A DNA stretch of 64,000 bases from Glaucostegus cemiculus (GCA_976551045.1 CDPCPM010000153.1:3534001-3598000); one strand, 5' to 3'. Shown: positions 12,050-26,079, counted from the stretch's first letter. A program made the numbers and translations. The notes: generated from the sequence alone by a model not told the origin.

Positions 12050-13175
12050 GTCACTTTGAAGCAGCAGAGTCAAATGGCAGGTCAGAAGATTGGCTAGAAT
12101 ATATATATATTAAGAAAACAAGGAACAAAATATTAAGTTACAGTATGAGATAAAGCTGGTCTGAAGTAAAAACAGATAGTTACTATTGAGATAATTTAAA
12201 AAAACCAAAGTGAGCATTGATCCCATAGAAAGTGAATCTGGGGAATTAATAATGAAAAACATGGAAATGGCAGGTGAATTAGGCAGCTATTTTGCATCAT
12301 TGTTCACTATAGAAGATACAAGTTGCATCCCAGAAATGGTTGGGAATTGGAAGGAAGAGAGGAAGGAACTTGGGAGTGTAAGGGGAAATTGGCAGGGGGG
12401 GGGGAGGGGAGCGGGAATTATTCATCAGGAGAATTGTACTAAGCAAATTGTTAGAGCTGCCAGGCCAACAAGTCTTTGGGTCCTGATAGACTTCATCCTA
12501 TGATCTTAGAAGAGTTGGCTAGTGAGATAGTTGATGTGTTGGCTTTAACTTTCCAGAACTCCTGAGATTTGGGTAAGGGTCCAGTAGATTGGAAAATAGC
12601 AAATGTAACTCCTTTGTTCAAAAATCCCATGTCTGCGTGGGTTTCCTGGGTGGCACGGTAGCATAGCAGTTAGTGTGACGCTATTACAGCGCCAGCAACC
12701 CGGGTTCGATTCCCATCACTGTTTGTAAGGAGTTTGTACATCCTCCCACATTTCAAAGATGTATGGGTAGGTTAATTTGGGTTTAAAATGGACGGCGTGG
12801 ACTCATTGGGCCAGAAGGGCCTGTTACCACGCTGTAAGTAAAATTAAAAATTAAAACTGCAGGCCAGTTAACTTAATATGTCGTAGGAAAATGTTAGAAG
12901 CTATTATTAAAGATGTTATAGCAGGACACTTAGAAAAATTCATAGTAATCAGGCAAAGTTAACATGGCTTTGTGAAAGGCATGTCATATTTGACCAATTT
13001 ATTGGAGTCATTTGAAGTAACATGCTGTGGGCAAAGGGAACCAGTCCTATACATAGATTTCCAGAAAGCATTTGTCAAGGTGCTGCATCAAAGGATGTTG
13101 TGGGAAATAAAAGTTCAGTGTAGGAGATGATGTTGGCATGGATAGAAGATTCCCTAGCTAGTACGAAGCAGAGGA
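12050..13175 (+). mobile_element. CR1 ORF2 fragment interrupted by a V-SINE (about 12625-12855)
   Basis: ESGELIMKNMEMAGELGSYFASLFT, DWKIANVTPLFK, [SINE], RPV.L, QHGFVKG, DFQKAF.KV. Confidence 0.85.
12625..12855 (+). mobile_element. Rearranged V-SINE (V-domain piece plus tRNA head and tail)
   Basis: gcgtgggtttcc, then ggcacggtagcatagcagttag...cccgggttcgattccc, then the tail gggccagaagggcctgttacc...aaaattaaaaatt. Confidence 0.8.
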
Positions 13176-14765
13176 TGAAAGTCCATAGTCTTCTCTACCT
13201 TGGTGATTCACATGCTCAACGAAATATTTCTTAAATGTTGTGAGAGTCTCTGCCTCCAGCACCCCCTCAGGCAATGTGTTCCAGATTCCAAACCCTCTCC
13301 GGGAGGGAGGAGGGAAATAAATTCTTCCTCAGATCCTCTATCTAAACCTCTTGCCCCTCACTAAACCCATGCCCTCTAGTTTTAGACACCTTAGCGTTTT
13401 CCTTTGTGAGAATCCCAGCTATTACTGCTTATGCAGGCCAGCCTAGGAGATGCAGAAGAGCTGACTGCTTCCTTCAGAAGAGCAGCACAGCCTTCAGAGC
13501 CCCTTGAATAAGTAACTAGCATTTCAAAATGTGCTTCCCATAAAAGCAGATGACAAGGGCCACTTCTAAAGTATGCAAGCATTGAATTACAGAATATTAT
13601 CATGCCATATTATTCTTATACTGTTTGATTCCAACATGGGCACGTCTACAAGTGGAAGAGTTGTTTGTTTCAGTAGAACTGCAAATGTTACAAGGTTTGG
13701 TGCTATTAAGGCACATAGCATACAAGTTGTCAGGTTTGACATTCTTTTGAACTGCAATGTCTTTTTCCATTATGTATAACTTGCCTGTGAATTTTTCTTG
13801 AGAATTGAGATGTTATCAAACTGCAGTGTGATATGAAAAAAAGAGAGTCCTGATGTGGTCACCTTGTGACTGTAGCTGTCTGTGATACTATTGGAAATCT
13901 GCTGTATTTTGGTGCTTTGTGGTGGCAATGTCTCAGTTACGGCTTGTAGTAGCAGACTAAAGTGTGAGTGCCAATTGTTTATGTAAATGCTAAATTGGGT
14001 GATGGTTTGAATATTTTTTTAACTATCCTTTTGGATTTATGGAGCTTAATATTCACAACAGCTGTATGACTGCAGTCATGGGGCCAAGATGGCCATTAAC
14101 TTTACAACTACTTTCAGCCTGAGCAAGAAAGTTACCAAGAGGTGAGGAGCTGCCATAACCTCAGGTCTGCTTACTTGTTGTGTGAATTAAACTGCTAATC
14201 TCATGAAATCCTTATCAATCTCTCCAGTATCTTAAAAAAAATGCTGTCAGGGTGATACTGAGCTAGAGAGCAGAATGGGGCTGGGTAACATCCCCAGTCT
14301 CTGCTGCTTAGTTGGTCTCAGGCAGGGCTGATAGACCTCAGTATCTTTAAACTGGGAAGCAGCAGCCTTGGCTTTGGGTCCTGCTTCTTGCATTTATCCA
14401 GTGATTAATCTCCCTATCCCACAACTAATGCAAAGTGAAAGTCTGTAGATGTTGGTTGAGAACAGAATCACACTTGTATTTATCAGCTGAAAATGCCATA
14501 CAATTATAGGAAAAATGACTCCATAAAATTGCAGAATCTGTGGAACTGGAATTTAGTATCCAGAGAAGGGTAGAAAAGTGAATAAATTGGAGGTGTGTGC
14601 ACTGTCAAGCTTAAATGGATATTTTTAAACTTTATATTGGAGGTTCTGCATTCCATTCAAATAAGAAATAAATGGAATATGATATTGTTTCTAGTTTACT
14701 GAGGATCTACCCAAGGCTAATATCACTCTACTTTCCTCCCTGTCCCTTCCTTGGCTTGTTTCTAG

Positions 14766-14915
14766 CTATTAGAATATGTCGGCAAAGGGAAGAGCATAAT
14801 GGACGTAGGCCTGGCACAAGCAAGACATCCCCTCAGCACCAGAAGTCATTACTTCGAAGTAGAGATAGTTGACCCAGGTGAAAAATGCTACATTGCTTTG
14901 GGATTGGCACGAAAG
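14766..14915 (+). CDS. SPRYD3: SPRY domain-containing protein 3, internal coding exon (150 nt, phase 0-0, second SPRY domain)
   Basis: Pyrimidine tract ending ttgtttctag, then an open 50-codon frame LLEYVGKGKSIMDVGLAQARHPLSTRSHYFEVEIVDPGEKCYIALGLARK, then donor AAG|gtaggt. The peptide closely matches vertebrate SPRYD3 as I recall it. It is not in the ORF track. Confidence 0.96.
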
Positions 14916-15479
14916 GTAGGTGGCACAAAAAACACTTTTTCGTACTGTTATTAATGATTATGCTAATCAAGGTTGAGGGGTATTCATGTTGGGAATTGCA
15001 ATAGCCAGCATGAGCACTAAGTAGCCAAGTCCTCTCCTGTCCCCACAGTCCCAGAAGAGCAACCCCAGGTCATTGATGGATATCATTGAGTTTCTGAATG
15101 ATGTTGCCAATTTAGCAACAAAGCATAATCTTAACTGGTTTCTGGATATATAACTAAATCCCAGATTGAAATGGCACTGAGCAACAATGAAATGCAACTA
15201 AAAGCTAGATAATCATGGGTGTTTCATGTAGGTGGACACTTACTGAAGGAAGCCCAGCTGTGTGGTTAGGAATCCTGCTATTTTAAGACAGAAGGTCCAG
15301 TTATGCTAAATGGAAATCCTACCATTTATTTTGAAATTCTTAGCTTAACCTCTTATGAAGTTACAATTTTAGTAGCACCAAATGCTTCTGCTATTATTTC
15401 TTTTTGCACAGTACATCAACCCAACTCTTGTGAATATGCTCTAATTTGCTGAAGCCACTGTCAGATAAGGAACAGAGCC

Positions 15480-15670
15480 ATAGAGTTGTACAGCACAGAA
15501 ACAGGCCCTTCAGCCCATCAAATCTGTATCAACCATCAAGCACCCACTTGCACTAATCCTTTGCTGATCACATTTTATTCTCCCCACATTCGCATCAACT
15601 GCCCCCATATTCTATCACTCAACCACCACACTGGAGACAACTTACAGTGGCCAATTAATCTACCAACCTG
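15480..15670 (-). mobile_element. SINE/CR1-type 3' tail fragment
   Basis: acagcacagaaacaggcccttcagccca is the reverse complement of the shared CR1/HE1 tail. Confidence 0.7.
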
Positions 15671-15681
15671 AAGCAACACAC

Positions 15682-15970
15682 AACACTGGAGGAACTCAGC
15701 ATCTATGGAGGGCAATGGACAGTCAATGTTTCGGGCAGAGACCCTTCATCTGCCCGGCACAACTCCCCAACTATTTCTCTGCATGCATTGGTGCTGCTTC
15801 CTTCACTCACGTGGAGCTCAGTTTTATCAACTTCACTACCAATTTCCACTCTGATCTCAAATTCACTGGGTCCATCTCCGATGCCTCTCTCCCCTTTCTT
15901 GATTTGTCTCCATCTCAGGAGACAGATTATTCACTGACATCTACTTCAGATGAAGGGTCCTGACCTAAGA
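15682..15970 (+). mobile_element. Penelope-like RT fragment bracketed by divergent hammerhead remnants
   Basis: CIGAAS.TH.EL..FINF..NFH..LKFT.SISD.SLPFLDL (late RT motifs), with cagatgaagggtc in opposite orientations on each side. Confidence 0.8.
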
Positions 15971-17949
15971 TCATTTATCATTACCCTCTTTGCTGTTTAT
16001 AATACTGCCAGGTGTTGTCATCCACAAATTTAGAAATAATGGCATTCACTCTCAAGTCTAGGTCATCAATTTGGAACAATAAAAGCAATGGCACTAATGC
16101 TCTTCCCAGGGGAACACCAGTTTGCCTTCCTCCATCTCAGAAGCAGCCATTCCCAATGACCCTCTGTTGTTCTAACTCTCTAACTGCCCTCATTCAACTT
16201 TCTACATTTACAGTTCTCCAGACACATTGGTTATGATTATCTTGTATTCAATCCTCTCTTTTAGACAGCACTGAAAGCAATTGTGTCACTTGGACAACAT
16301 GGTTTACAAATCTATCCCAGACACTTTGTTGTCTGTCCCTGCTTCTTTGCAACTGAAAGCATAGTTTCTCATTTCTTTCCCAGCTCTGCTAAACAGTCCT
16401 TGAGCTGAAACAGTAACTATTTCTCTTCATAGATACTGCCTGATCTGCTGGGTAGTTCTAGCACTTTGTTTCTATTTTAGACAATGATGGGGTGGGAGGT
16501 GATGAGCAGATGGACACAGAGGACTGAGGAGAGGGATGGAGGGTGTAATGAGTAACAATAAAAGTTAGAGGGGGCTTACCTGGTGGAAGGTGGATGCCTC
16601 TGACAGTAGTGGCCCAGGTAGGGTGGAACCCTTTAACCAGCAAACTCCATTTAACACCTGCTTCAGCGTTCTTGGGAGCTTGTGCACGCAGCAAAATTTT
16701 GTGTAAGTATTGTTTAACTTGCATATGTCAACTGGCGTGTCTTCACATGCTCAGCAACCTTTGAGCACACAAATCATGCACACGGGTGTGCCAAGGTCAA
16801 TTCTAGGACATAGTCTTCTGCTTCAAGCATTAAAAAGGTCCTCCACCTTAAGCCTATGCCCTCTGGTTATTGGCTGTCTGCTTAAAAGGCATGGGTCCTC
16901 TTGAACCTGTCTAGGGCTTAAATATTGCTTCTTTTTCCACAGAAGACCTCAGACAAACCAAATTCTGATTGTACTTAAAATTCTCCTGCCCTGGCTGCAT
17001 TTTAGTGAATCTCTTCTGGATCCTCTGTTGTGCTACCACATCCTTCCCATTGAGTGATGATCATAGCTGTAGCTGTATATTGCAGTATTTCTCCAGCTCC
17101 AGCCTGACCTCCCTGCTCTTTCATTCTAGTCTTCAATCAATAATGACAAGCATCCCATATGCCACCTTAAATGCAATCTAGATAGAGGTTCCCACTCACT
17201 TTGTCACCTTCCAGATGTTAGGGCTAAGGATATTTTGGAAAGGTAGGAAAATATTGTGGAGGGAGAGCAAGGGACATGCTTCATGTGGGAGCCGAGGGTA
17301 GGGAAAATACTAAAATTTGAAAATTAGGTATCAGCACTGAAAAGAATAGTAATCTGCAGCTGAAGGAGTAGCATCAGGGAGAAGGTACTACTCTAATCTG
17401 TGAGCCATTTGTCGGAGCTTTGGAAAAGATGCGAGTGTTTCCATAAGGAAGGGCTACAGTTGAACAGGAAGGGGGCTAATAGACTGGGAAAAGATTAACT
17501 TGTGAAGTAACAAGTCATTTAACTGAAGGGTGAGCAGATTTAAAATAAAGGTAATCAAAAAGATAAATGGAAACAATAACAGAATGCAGAAAAGTAATTC
17601 TTGGAGACAGTTTAGATTTAAAAGAGTAGAATGCTTATAATAGAAGCAATGAGTGGATCTGCAGAGAGCAGCTTGCAATGAGACACCACCTTCCAGCACC
17701 ATCTTGCAGAAGATAATGAACTGGCAAATGGGTACATCATAAAGGACCACTTAAACTGAAGGAATAAAGGCAATAAAAACAAAGAGGACTGTAGAAATTG
17801 CTAAGTTAAATATAGGAATAAATAATCGTAAGGGATTGGATGCAGAAGAGATAAAAGTTGAGGTGAAAAATCAAAATGAACTGTTACGGGCAGGAACAAG
17901 AGTAAGATAACGCAATGAGGTCTTGCTTTAGACAAAATACCTGAGGGAA

Positions 17950-18510
17950 TAGGAGTAGCTCTAAATACAAACTTGGGAAAAGACAGTTTGTTTTGTAAGT
18001 CAAAAAGTGTGGGAAGTAAAGTGGGTGTGTTAGAAACCGTGATGTCACAGGAAGACGTAGATTAAAACCACGAACAGAAACTTGGCAGCAACGTCAGCAG
18101 GGGTGGAAAATAGACATAGCGGGCATAATATTTTGAGGTAGGATGGAATAGGTAAGGAAGGAGGGGAGGTGTTGGCAGCATTGGTGAAGGAGGGAAAGCT
18201 ACTGCGGACAGGATTGACGTACACAAAGGAGGTGCGAGTGGAGTCGGTGTGGTGGGAGATCACAGATAAAAAGAAACTTTTACATATGTGGGATTGTACT
18301 AGGGAGCTAATTGTGGAAGGGAAGTGGCAGAGGAAATCAGTAAACAGAGCAAGGAAATGACAAAATTACCGTTCCGGGAGATCTTAATGAGCCACTTGCT
18401 GACTGGCACAGGGAAGGAATAAACCAGAAAAGAGAATGGAGTTCCTGCTACGTGTGTAGGTCTCCTTCCCAGAACAGTGTGTCCGTGATGTGACAAAGAG
18501 GCCTGACTAG
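17950..18510 (+). mobile_element. Decayed CR1 ORF2 AP-endonuclease region
   Basis: RXDGIGKEGGEVLAAL.K and ESVWWEI, resembling the N-terminus of CR1 APE domains. Confidence 0.55.
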
Positions 18511-18749
18511 CTCTGGTGACAATTAATACTACTGATTGGATAGATGCTTTTCTAACACTCACCACATTTAAGTCTAACAGAAAAGAATGTCAAAGGTCCA
18601 AATTGAAAGGGAAAGGTTAGTACAAAATCAAGGGCAGATCTTAGTAAGACTAGTGAGTTACTTAAAGCAAAGTGGAAGGAAAATTGACACACATTCCATT
18701 ACAAACCTCAAATATATACCATTTGAAAATGGTAATACCTGCATGCCAC

Positions 18750-18905
18750 TTTTTGTATCTGCAGCACTATATTCTGCATTCTATTATTGCTTTTCCCTTT
18801 GAACTACCTCAATATGCTTATGTTTTGAAATGATCTGTCTGAATGGCATGCAAAACAAAGTTTTTACTGTACCTTAGTACATGTGACAATAATAAACCAA
18901 TTACT
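18750..18905 (+). mobile_element. Rex1/Babar 3' tail
   Basis: tgatctgtctgaatggcatgcaaaacaaagtttttactgtaccttagtacatgtgacaataataaaccaatt, the same tail as the RT-bearing Rex1 copy near 39765. Confidence 0.7.
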
Positions 18906-19147
18906 AATTAGGCAGTATATTTTGGATTATAATTGGTGGATGTGTCTGTTTATAAAGGTTTAGCATAACTAGCTTGCTATTGTACTCTGCCTCCATTGCC
19001 TCAGCTCAGAATCTTTTTAAATGTTATCAAATTGTCTGCCACCTTCAAAGATTTAAGTACATGAACCTACAGATCTTTCCATTCCTATACTCCTTTTAAG
19101 ACAGTAACATTTGCAACCCTCATTATTCAATTGTTTCTCACATTTTG

Positions 19148-19470
19148 TGTAGTGCAGTGGTTAAGTTATTGGACTAGTACGAGTTCTGGACCATTGATCC
19201 TCAGCCGTAAGTTCAGATCACACCATACTAGCTGGGGAGCTTAAATTCAAGTAATTAAATAAATCTTGAATGAAAAACATTGCAAGTCTCAGCAACAGTG
19301 ACCAGGAGACAACCAGGTTGTGGTTTAAAAAAGCCATCTGGTTCAATGGTGTCTTTCAGGGAAGGAAATTTGCCATCCTTAGCTGGTCTGCTCTATGTAA
19401 CTCCAAACCCACCAATTGGGTTGATACTTATTTTATTTCAGAGGCAATTAGGATGGGAAATAACATCCAG
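19148..19470 (+). mobile_element. tRNA-headed SINE (second partial copy about 19760-19940)
   Basis: gtagtgcagtggttaagttattggactagt head. The body catctggttca...tttcagggaaggaaa.tgcc.tcctta.ctggtct recurs at 19870-19930. Confidence 0.6.
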
Positions 19471-21534
19471 TGAAAAGCAATTTTAAAAATAAATATAAAT
19501 AAATAAAATTTAGAGTACCATGTGCCGTCACTTTTCACCAGTCTGTGCCTTCCCACCAAATCCTCAATCAACTTTAGGCAGGCTGCCCTTGCTGTTTGGT
19601 TTATCCCTGTTTGTTTGAAGCAACAGGAGTGTAACATTAACTCAGTGTTTGCTTAAATGAACTGACTGCAACTATGTCTGTAATACAGCATGATATGGTT
19701 CAGAGCAACATAACTTAGATCATCTGAATTTTTTTCCCCCAGTGGTAATTCATTGAAGATATTAAAAGTTCAATCCCTATCACAGCAGTTGGGGAACTTA
19801 AATTCAGCTTATAGCATTTTTTGTAGGTTTATTTAATTATCAACAATGGTGACATGAAGTGATTGGATTCCATCTGGTTCAACAAGTATTGTTTAGGGAA
19901 GGAAACCTGCCAGTCCTTACCTGGTCTTGCATACGTCCCTCAACATTCACTGCAGAGAGGGATGTGAACAGTAGATACACAGGAAAAGCACCTGCAAGTT
20001 GCTCCCAATCGTGACTTGTAAATACATTGCTGACCCTTCACTGCTGGGTATAAATCCTAGAATTCCTACACTGCAGCAATGTGGGAGTGCCTTCTCCAGA
20101 AGTACTGTGTGCAAGGCACCATGCCAGCATCTTTTAAAGGGGTCATTAGGGATGGGCCTTGAGCACTACATGAAATAATTCAAAGAAAATGTTAAAAATT
20201 CTCTTCCCAACCACCACCACTGCTACCCCTGCTGATTACTGTCAGCAAGTTCTTCCATAACTATTTTCACATTTGATCCCTCTCACTATCTATATTTCCA
20301 CTTCCAGCCCCCCTACAAATCCCTGCCACAGGCTGCTCTTCCCACACTTTATTACCTCCTTTCCCATAATCAATTGCAGTCACTATTCAGCATTATCACT
20401 GCCTTTCTTCCCCTCCACCCCAGTTTACAAAATGAGAGCCAATTTCCAACCCATCCACTTCAATGGGGATGCTGTCAATACTCTGAAATCTCTTAAGGGA
20501 GGAGAGAATGCATAAATAGTTAAGCAAAATTTGGCAAATTGATCACTGGGTTGCCAGATGGGAACTTTGAACCATTAACAAAGTTATCCCAAGTCAAATT
20601 CTACTTTTTCATAATTGAGTATACACGTAGAAGTTGAGGTACAGATCAGTCTTGATCTGATTGATTAGTGGAACAAGATTGAGGAGTTGAATGGCTTCCT
20701 CCTGTTCATGTGATGTTATAAATGGAAAAGAAAATTAGCTACAGACTGTTTCTAGGCAGAGCAAAAAGATGCCTTTGGAAAAATAAACATATCATGCTTT
20801 CAGATTTTCTTACCACTTTCTGCTAAAATGTCATCCTATTTATTTTTGGAGTATCACATTTTAAACAGTGGAAAATATTGCAGTACTTTTAATTTTGACA
20901 GTTTCTGCTCTGACTTTTCTCCTCTCCAGTCTCATTTACCAAATACATTGTCTCCTGCTGTGGTGCAGTCCTGCAGGTGACGAGCTTCTACAGCCAGTGA
21001 CACAAGTGACACATTTCTACAGTACTGTCTTGCAAGTAACCAGCTCCTGCTGCCATAAAGTTCAATGAGTGACAAACTCCTGCTGTTGTGCAGTGTCTAA
21101 ATTTACTGATAAGACAAAACTCAAGGCAGAAAGCAAGTTGTAAAGGAGACAAGATATAGGTAGGTTACAGGAGTTGCCAAATGGAATATAGCGTGGTGAA
21201 ATGAGAAGTTATCCATATTGGTTGGAAAAACTGAAAAGCAGAATATTTTAAAAGGTGATAGAGTAGGAAATCTATTCAGAGGGACCCATGTTGTTTTGAA
21301 CAGTGACTCACACCAGAGTTATCTGAAAGCAAATGCTATGTTAGCTGTTGCCGAGTGATTGGCAATTAAAGGAGTCCTGCTACAATCATATAGGACCTTG
21401 TGGAGACCAAGTCATCGTCATTCCACTGTTTGGCCAAGTACCTACATTTATATTCTAAGAACAACTCCATTCTGTCCTTTCCAAGTAACTGGTACCATTA
21501 GGTTTTGACATCCTTCCCAAAGTGTAGTGTCTAA

Positions 21535-22995
21535 GAATACATAGAGCATTACAGCACAGTACAGGGCCACAATGTTGTGCTAACATTTTATCTTGCTCTA
21601 AGGTCTATCTAACCCTTCCCACATAGCCCCCTATTTTTCTATCATTCCTGTGACTATCTAAGAGTCCTTAAATGTCCCTAATGTATCTGCCCCCACAACC
21701 TCTACCATCAGTGTGATTCACACACCCACCACTGTGTTTGGGGCGGGGGGGGGGGTGGAACACTTACCCCTGATATCCCCCTTGTACCTTCCTCCAATCA
21801 CCTTAAAATTATGCCCCCTCGTGTTAGCCATTTTTGCCCTAAGAAAAAGTCTGACTGTCCACTCGATCTATGCCTCTTATACACCTCTATCAAGTCCCCT
21901 CTTATCCTCCTCCTCTCCAAAGAGAAAAGCCCCAGCTCACTCAACCTAACCTCATAAGACATCCTCTCCAATCCAGGCAGCATCCTGGTAAATCTCCTCT
22001 GCACCCTCTCTAGAGCTTCCACATCCTTCCAATAATGAGGCAACCAGAACTGAACATAATACTCTAAGTGTGGTCTAACCAGAGTTCTCTAGAGCTGCAA
22101 CATTACCTTGGGCTCTTGAACTCAATACCCTGACTAATGAAGGCCAACACACCATATGCCTTCTTAACAACCATCAACCTTGAGGGATCTATGGACATGA
22201 ACATGATCCCTCTGTTCCTCCACACTGCTAAGCATCCTGCCATTAACCTTGTATTCTGCTTTCAAATTTGATCTTCCAAAGTGTATCACTTCACTTTTCC
22301 AGGTTGAACTCCATCTGCCACTTCTCAGCCCAGGTCTGCATCCTATCAATGTCCTGTTGTAATCTACAGCAACCTTCTACACTATCTACAACACCACTAA
22401 TCTTTGTGTCATCAGCAAACTTACTAACCCACCTTTCCACATTCTCATCCAAGTCATTTATAAAAAAATCAAAGAGCAAAGGTCCCAGAACAGATCCCTG
22501 TGGAACACTGACCTCCAGGCAGAATGCACTCCATCTACCACCACCCTGTCTTCTATGGGTGAGCCAATCCTGAATCCACACAGCCAAGTTTGGATCCCAT
22601 GCCTCCTGACTTTCTGAATGAGCTTTCAATTAGGAACTTTATCAAACACCTTACTAAAATTTATGTACACCACATCCACTGCTCCACCTTCATCAATGTG
22701 CTTTATCACATCCTCAAAGAATTCAGTCAGGCTTGTGAGGCACGATCTGCCCCTCACAAAGCTATGCTGACTGTCCCTAATCAGCCTATGCTTCTCCAAA
22801 TGCCCATAAGTCCTGTCTCCAAGAATCTTCTCCAGTAATTTGCCCACCACTGAAGTAAGACTCACTGGTCAGTAATTCCCAGGGTCATCCCTACTCCCTC
22901 TCTTAAAGAAAGGAACAACATTTGCCAGCTTCCAATCATCTGGCACTATTCCTGTGGCCAGTGAGGATGCAAAGATCACCAAAGGTGCAGCAATA
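21535..22995 (-). mobile_element. CR1 LINE, about 1.45 kb 5'-truncated copy (RT domain to 3' tail); best preserved LINE in the window
   Basis: Frameshifted ORFs read SLTSVVGKLLEKIL...QHSFVRGRSCLT.L..FFE...FSKVFDKVP, VPQGSVLGPLLF..FINDLD...SKFADDTKI...WQMEFN and [15 protein letters not shown]...[15 protein letters not shown]. Confidence 0.95.
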
Positions 22996-25064
22996 TGCCA
23001 CAATATCTCAAGTCTGTGTTCATGAAGTTTTATTAACTTCCTTACTTTGCATCATATCTTTTTGTAAAGCAAACGATCTTGAATTTTTTTTAAGCAGGCA
23101 TCTCAACTTTTCCTGCCATCTGCAAAGTACATCCCAAGATCTCTCCATCCCTTTACACTTGTACTATTCAGTTTATATCATCTCTCATCATCTTGTCAAA
23201 AAAACTTCACACCCCATTGCCTTAAGTTGAACCTGCTGTGTTTCTGCCCATTTCATATCTGCTTCTGTCCTTATGAGGTATTTACTATTCTCTCAACACC
23301 GATTTCTGAGTTTTGTGACATCTGCAAACATTAAAATTCTGCCCTTTGTACCCAGTTCAAGTCACTAATATATCAAATAATACCCCAAAAGAACGCCACA
23401 GTCTACTTCCCTCCAATCTGGAAGAACTACTACTTTCTGCTTTCTAGCCTTTAGCTGATTTTTTTTATTCATTGAATAGCTATCCCTTAATCCCATGGAT
23501 TTTAATTTTGCTAATAAGTCTATTACTGTATGATACTTCATTAAAAAACACCCTTATACACAATATTTACTGCATTGCCCTCATTGTTACTTCAAAGAAT
23601 TCAATCATTAGTCAAACCTTAACAATTCCCTGCAGGGTTTCATTTAACAACCCATAATTTTCCACATGCCAATTGATTTTGTAATGGATTCCTGCCTGCA
23701 ATGTTTTCCCACTAACACCATTGCCACTGTTTCTATTTCTTAGACAGTCACTTAAAGTTGATTTTATCCTTCTCACCCCTTTTTTTTTAAAATGGGGAGA
23801 AAGATAAAATCAACTTTTATCCTTCACTATCACCAATTTGAGTCCTGTGGCACCACTTCCAAATCTGGGTGGATTGGAAGATTGTGGCCAGAACCACTGC
23901 AATTTCTATCCCTCTTTTCTGTCTCGACTATGTGAGTTGTCCACTTTAAGTACTGTCAGTCTTGTAACTCTTCCAGCCAGGAAAATGAAGCTGTTATTGA
24001 GAAGCTATCGCTAAACATTATAACAAGGCACTTAGAAAATTAAGGTAATCTGGCAAAATCAACATAATTTTGTGAAAAATAATATTTGATCTTAGAAGAA
24101 ATAACATGCTGTAGATATCAGTGGATATACTGTACTGATACTATCTTTGGAACCTCAATGCTTTTCATACTTGTGTCATCAATCCCAACATGAACTATGA
24201 CTCTTACTGTTCCTCTTCCCACAAATGGTTTGGGTAGAAAGGGACAGGAATTGGCTCCTGGTGGCACAGTTGGTCTTGTGCTATAAGAATTTAATTGATC
24301 AATGCCATCTACTACCAGTATCTTATTTTACCCCCCAATATTTCCTTAATACTCTGGCCTGGAATATCACATGCTCAATCTTTCCATTTGAGCCAGTTTT
24401 CTGCTATCAACTCGTGCTGGGGTACTGTTGTACCAGTGATTTCTCCTGGGGGGAGGGGTGGGTGCTGTTGTGTAGATTAACCAGTGCATTGGAGGGGGTA
24501 TATTTAATTGAAGCATTTGTACTTTTAGACTTAGATGATAATAGTTTAAGCATCATTTCAAGTATTCTGATTCCCATTTGCTGTGGAGACAGGAGATACA
24601 GGGAACTGGCAGTTGTCTCTCTGGTGTCAGCATCACTAATGATCTAGGGAGAACAAATCAATTTGGAAATCAATTGCTGCAGCTGCTTTCAGTATCTTGA
24701 GTACACCTCAGTACTAGTAATCACCTTTTCCTTTGAGTGAAGTTGGAATATGCTCAGTAAGCCAGTCAATATAGTAGACAGGATTTGTACTGGAGTTGGT
24801 AGATGCTTCTCCAGAAATGCTAAGGTACTTCAGGCAGACAAAGCACTGAAGACTGGCAAATTGACTTGTAGAATGTACTAATCTCACTGGTTTGCCACTG
24901 ATCTCCTGCAATCATGTCTTGGAGCCAGAAGTAGACTTTAATCAAAAGCCAGGACCTAGGAGTCCAGGGAGCAATGTGATTTCAGTCACTACACAATTTT
25001 GGGGGCAGTTATCTGCTTTCCTGGTGACATCCTGGACAAAGTTGATTTGAATTGTAATGTTGGA

Positions 25065-25345
25065 AATGTAACAGCCAGTTTACACGTTGCAAGGTGCCAC
25101 AAACAGCCAGGAATTGAATTGCTTACTGATTTGTTTCAGTGATATCAATTAAATAATAATTGTTGGTCAGTCCACTAAAGACAACTTCTTTGCTGCCCTT
25201 CAAAGAGTTCTGTCCTTTACATCCATCAGCGACAACAGATGGGGCCTCAGTTTAACTCATCTGAAAGCTGGTCTCTCCAGTAGTGCAGTGCTCATTCAGT
25301 ACAAGTGGGAATATTAATCTAGATTACGTGCTTAAATCTCAAGTG
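25065..25345 (-). mobile_element. Deu-domain SINE (SacSINE1/AmnSINE-like), decayed
   Basis: acagatggggcctcagtttaactcatctgaaag...cagtagtgcagtgctc...cagtac resembles the copies at 57030 and 62690-63435. Confidence 0.6.
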
Positions 25346-25469
25346 GTAATCATATTCCGTCTAGTCAATTTTCTAGCAAGATCACATTTCCTCCATAAAT
25401 CCTAAATGTAGAATGGATTTGGATTTTTTGAAATAATGGTAATGCATGGGTACTTACAATTTTTTTTTC

Positions 25470-25870
25470 CATACATGGGATCCAGACATCACTGGCAAAG
25501 CAACATTTATCACCCATCCCTGAATGCCCCTTGAAAAGGTGATAGTGAGCTACTGCCTTGAACCACTGCAATCCTTCTAGTGAAGGTACCCCTGCAATGC
25601 TGTCAGGGAGTTCCAGGATTTAGACCCAGCAGTGATGGAGGAACAGTGATAGAATGCCAAGTCAGGATGGTGTGTGACTTGGAGGGGAACCTGTAGGAGG
25701 TGTTCCCATGTTGTCCTCGAACATAGAGGTGGTGGATTTTGGAGGTGCTGTTGAAGTAGCCTGGGTGAGTTTACTGCAGTGGGTTTTGTATATGGTACAT
25801 ACAGCAGCCACTGTGCTCTGCTGCTGGAGGGGCAATGGATTTAAGGTGGTGGCAATGAAGCAGACTGCTT
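25470..25870 (-). mobile_element. CR1/L2-group LINE 3' end
   Basis: cccatccctgaatgccccttgaaaaggtgatagtgagc tail and the minus-strand STVAAVCTIYKTHCS. A related + strand piece lies at about 19960-20160. Confidence 0.65.
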
Positions 25871-26079
25871 TTAAATTGCTTAAACTATCACTCTGCATAG
25901 TGAAGGTGGTCTTGATTAGAAATGTCATTTAAATAAATGAAAATTTGAATGATATCAATGTTGGGGGTTTAGATTAATTCAAAACACTGTCAGTGCCTTA
26001 AATGTGTATCTGCCTAACTGGAAGCAGACAAGTTGCCACATGAACCAGTCTGAATTTCATATTTAACATGTTAAAGCAG

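Noticed and set aside
14672-14872. 66-aa ORF overlapping the first exon
   Set aside because: It is in a different frame from the SPRYD3 exon and starts in the intron.
20905-20982. Cryptic 47-nt exon (ctcctctccag|...CAG|gtgacg)
   Set aside because: It would shift the frame, the donor is mediocre and there is no supporting homology. Such motifs are expected by chance in 46 kb.
21535-22995. Active CR1 reverse transcriptase
   Set aside because: 5'-truncated, with several frameshifts and deletions.
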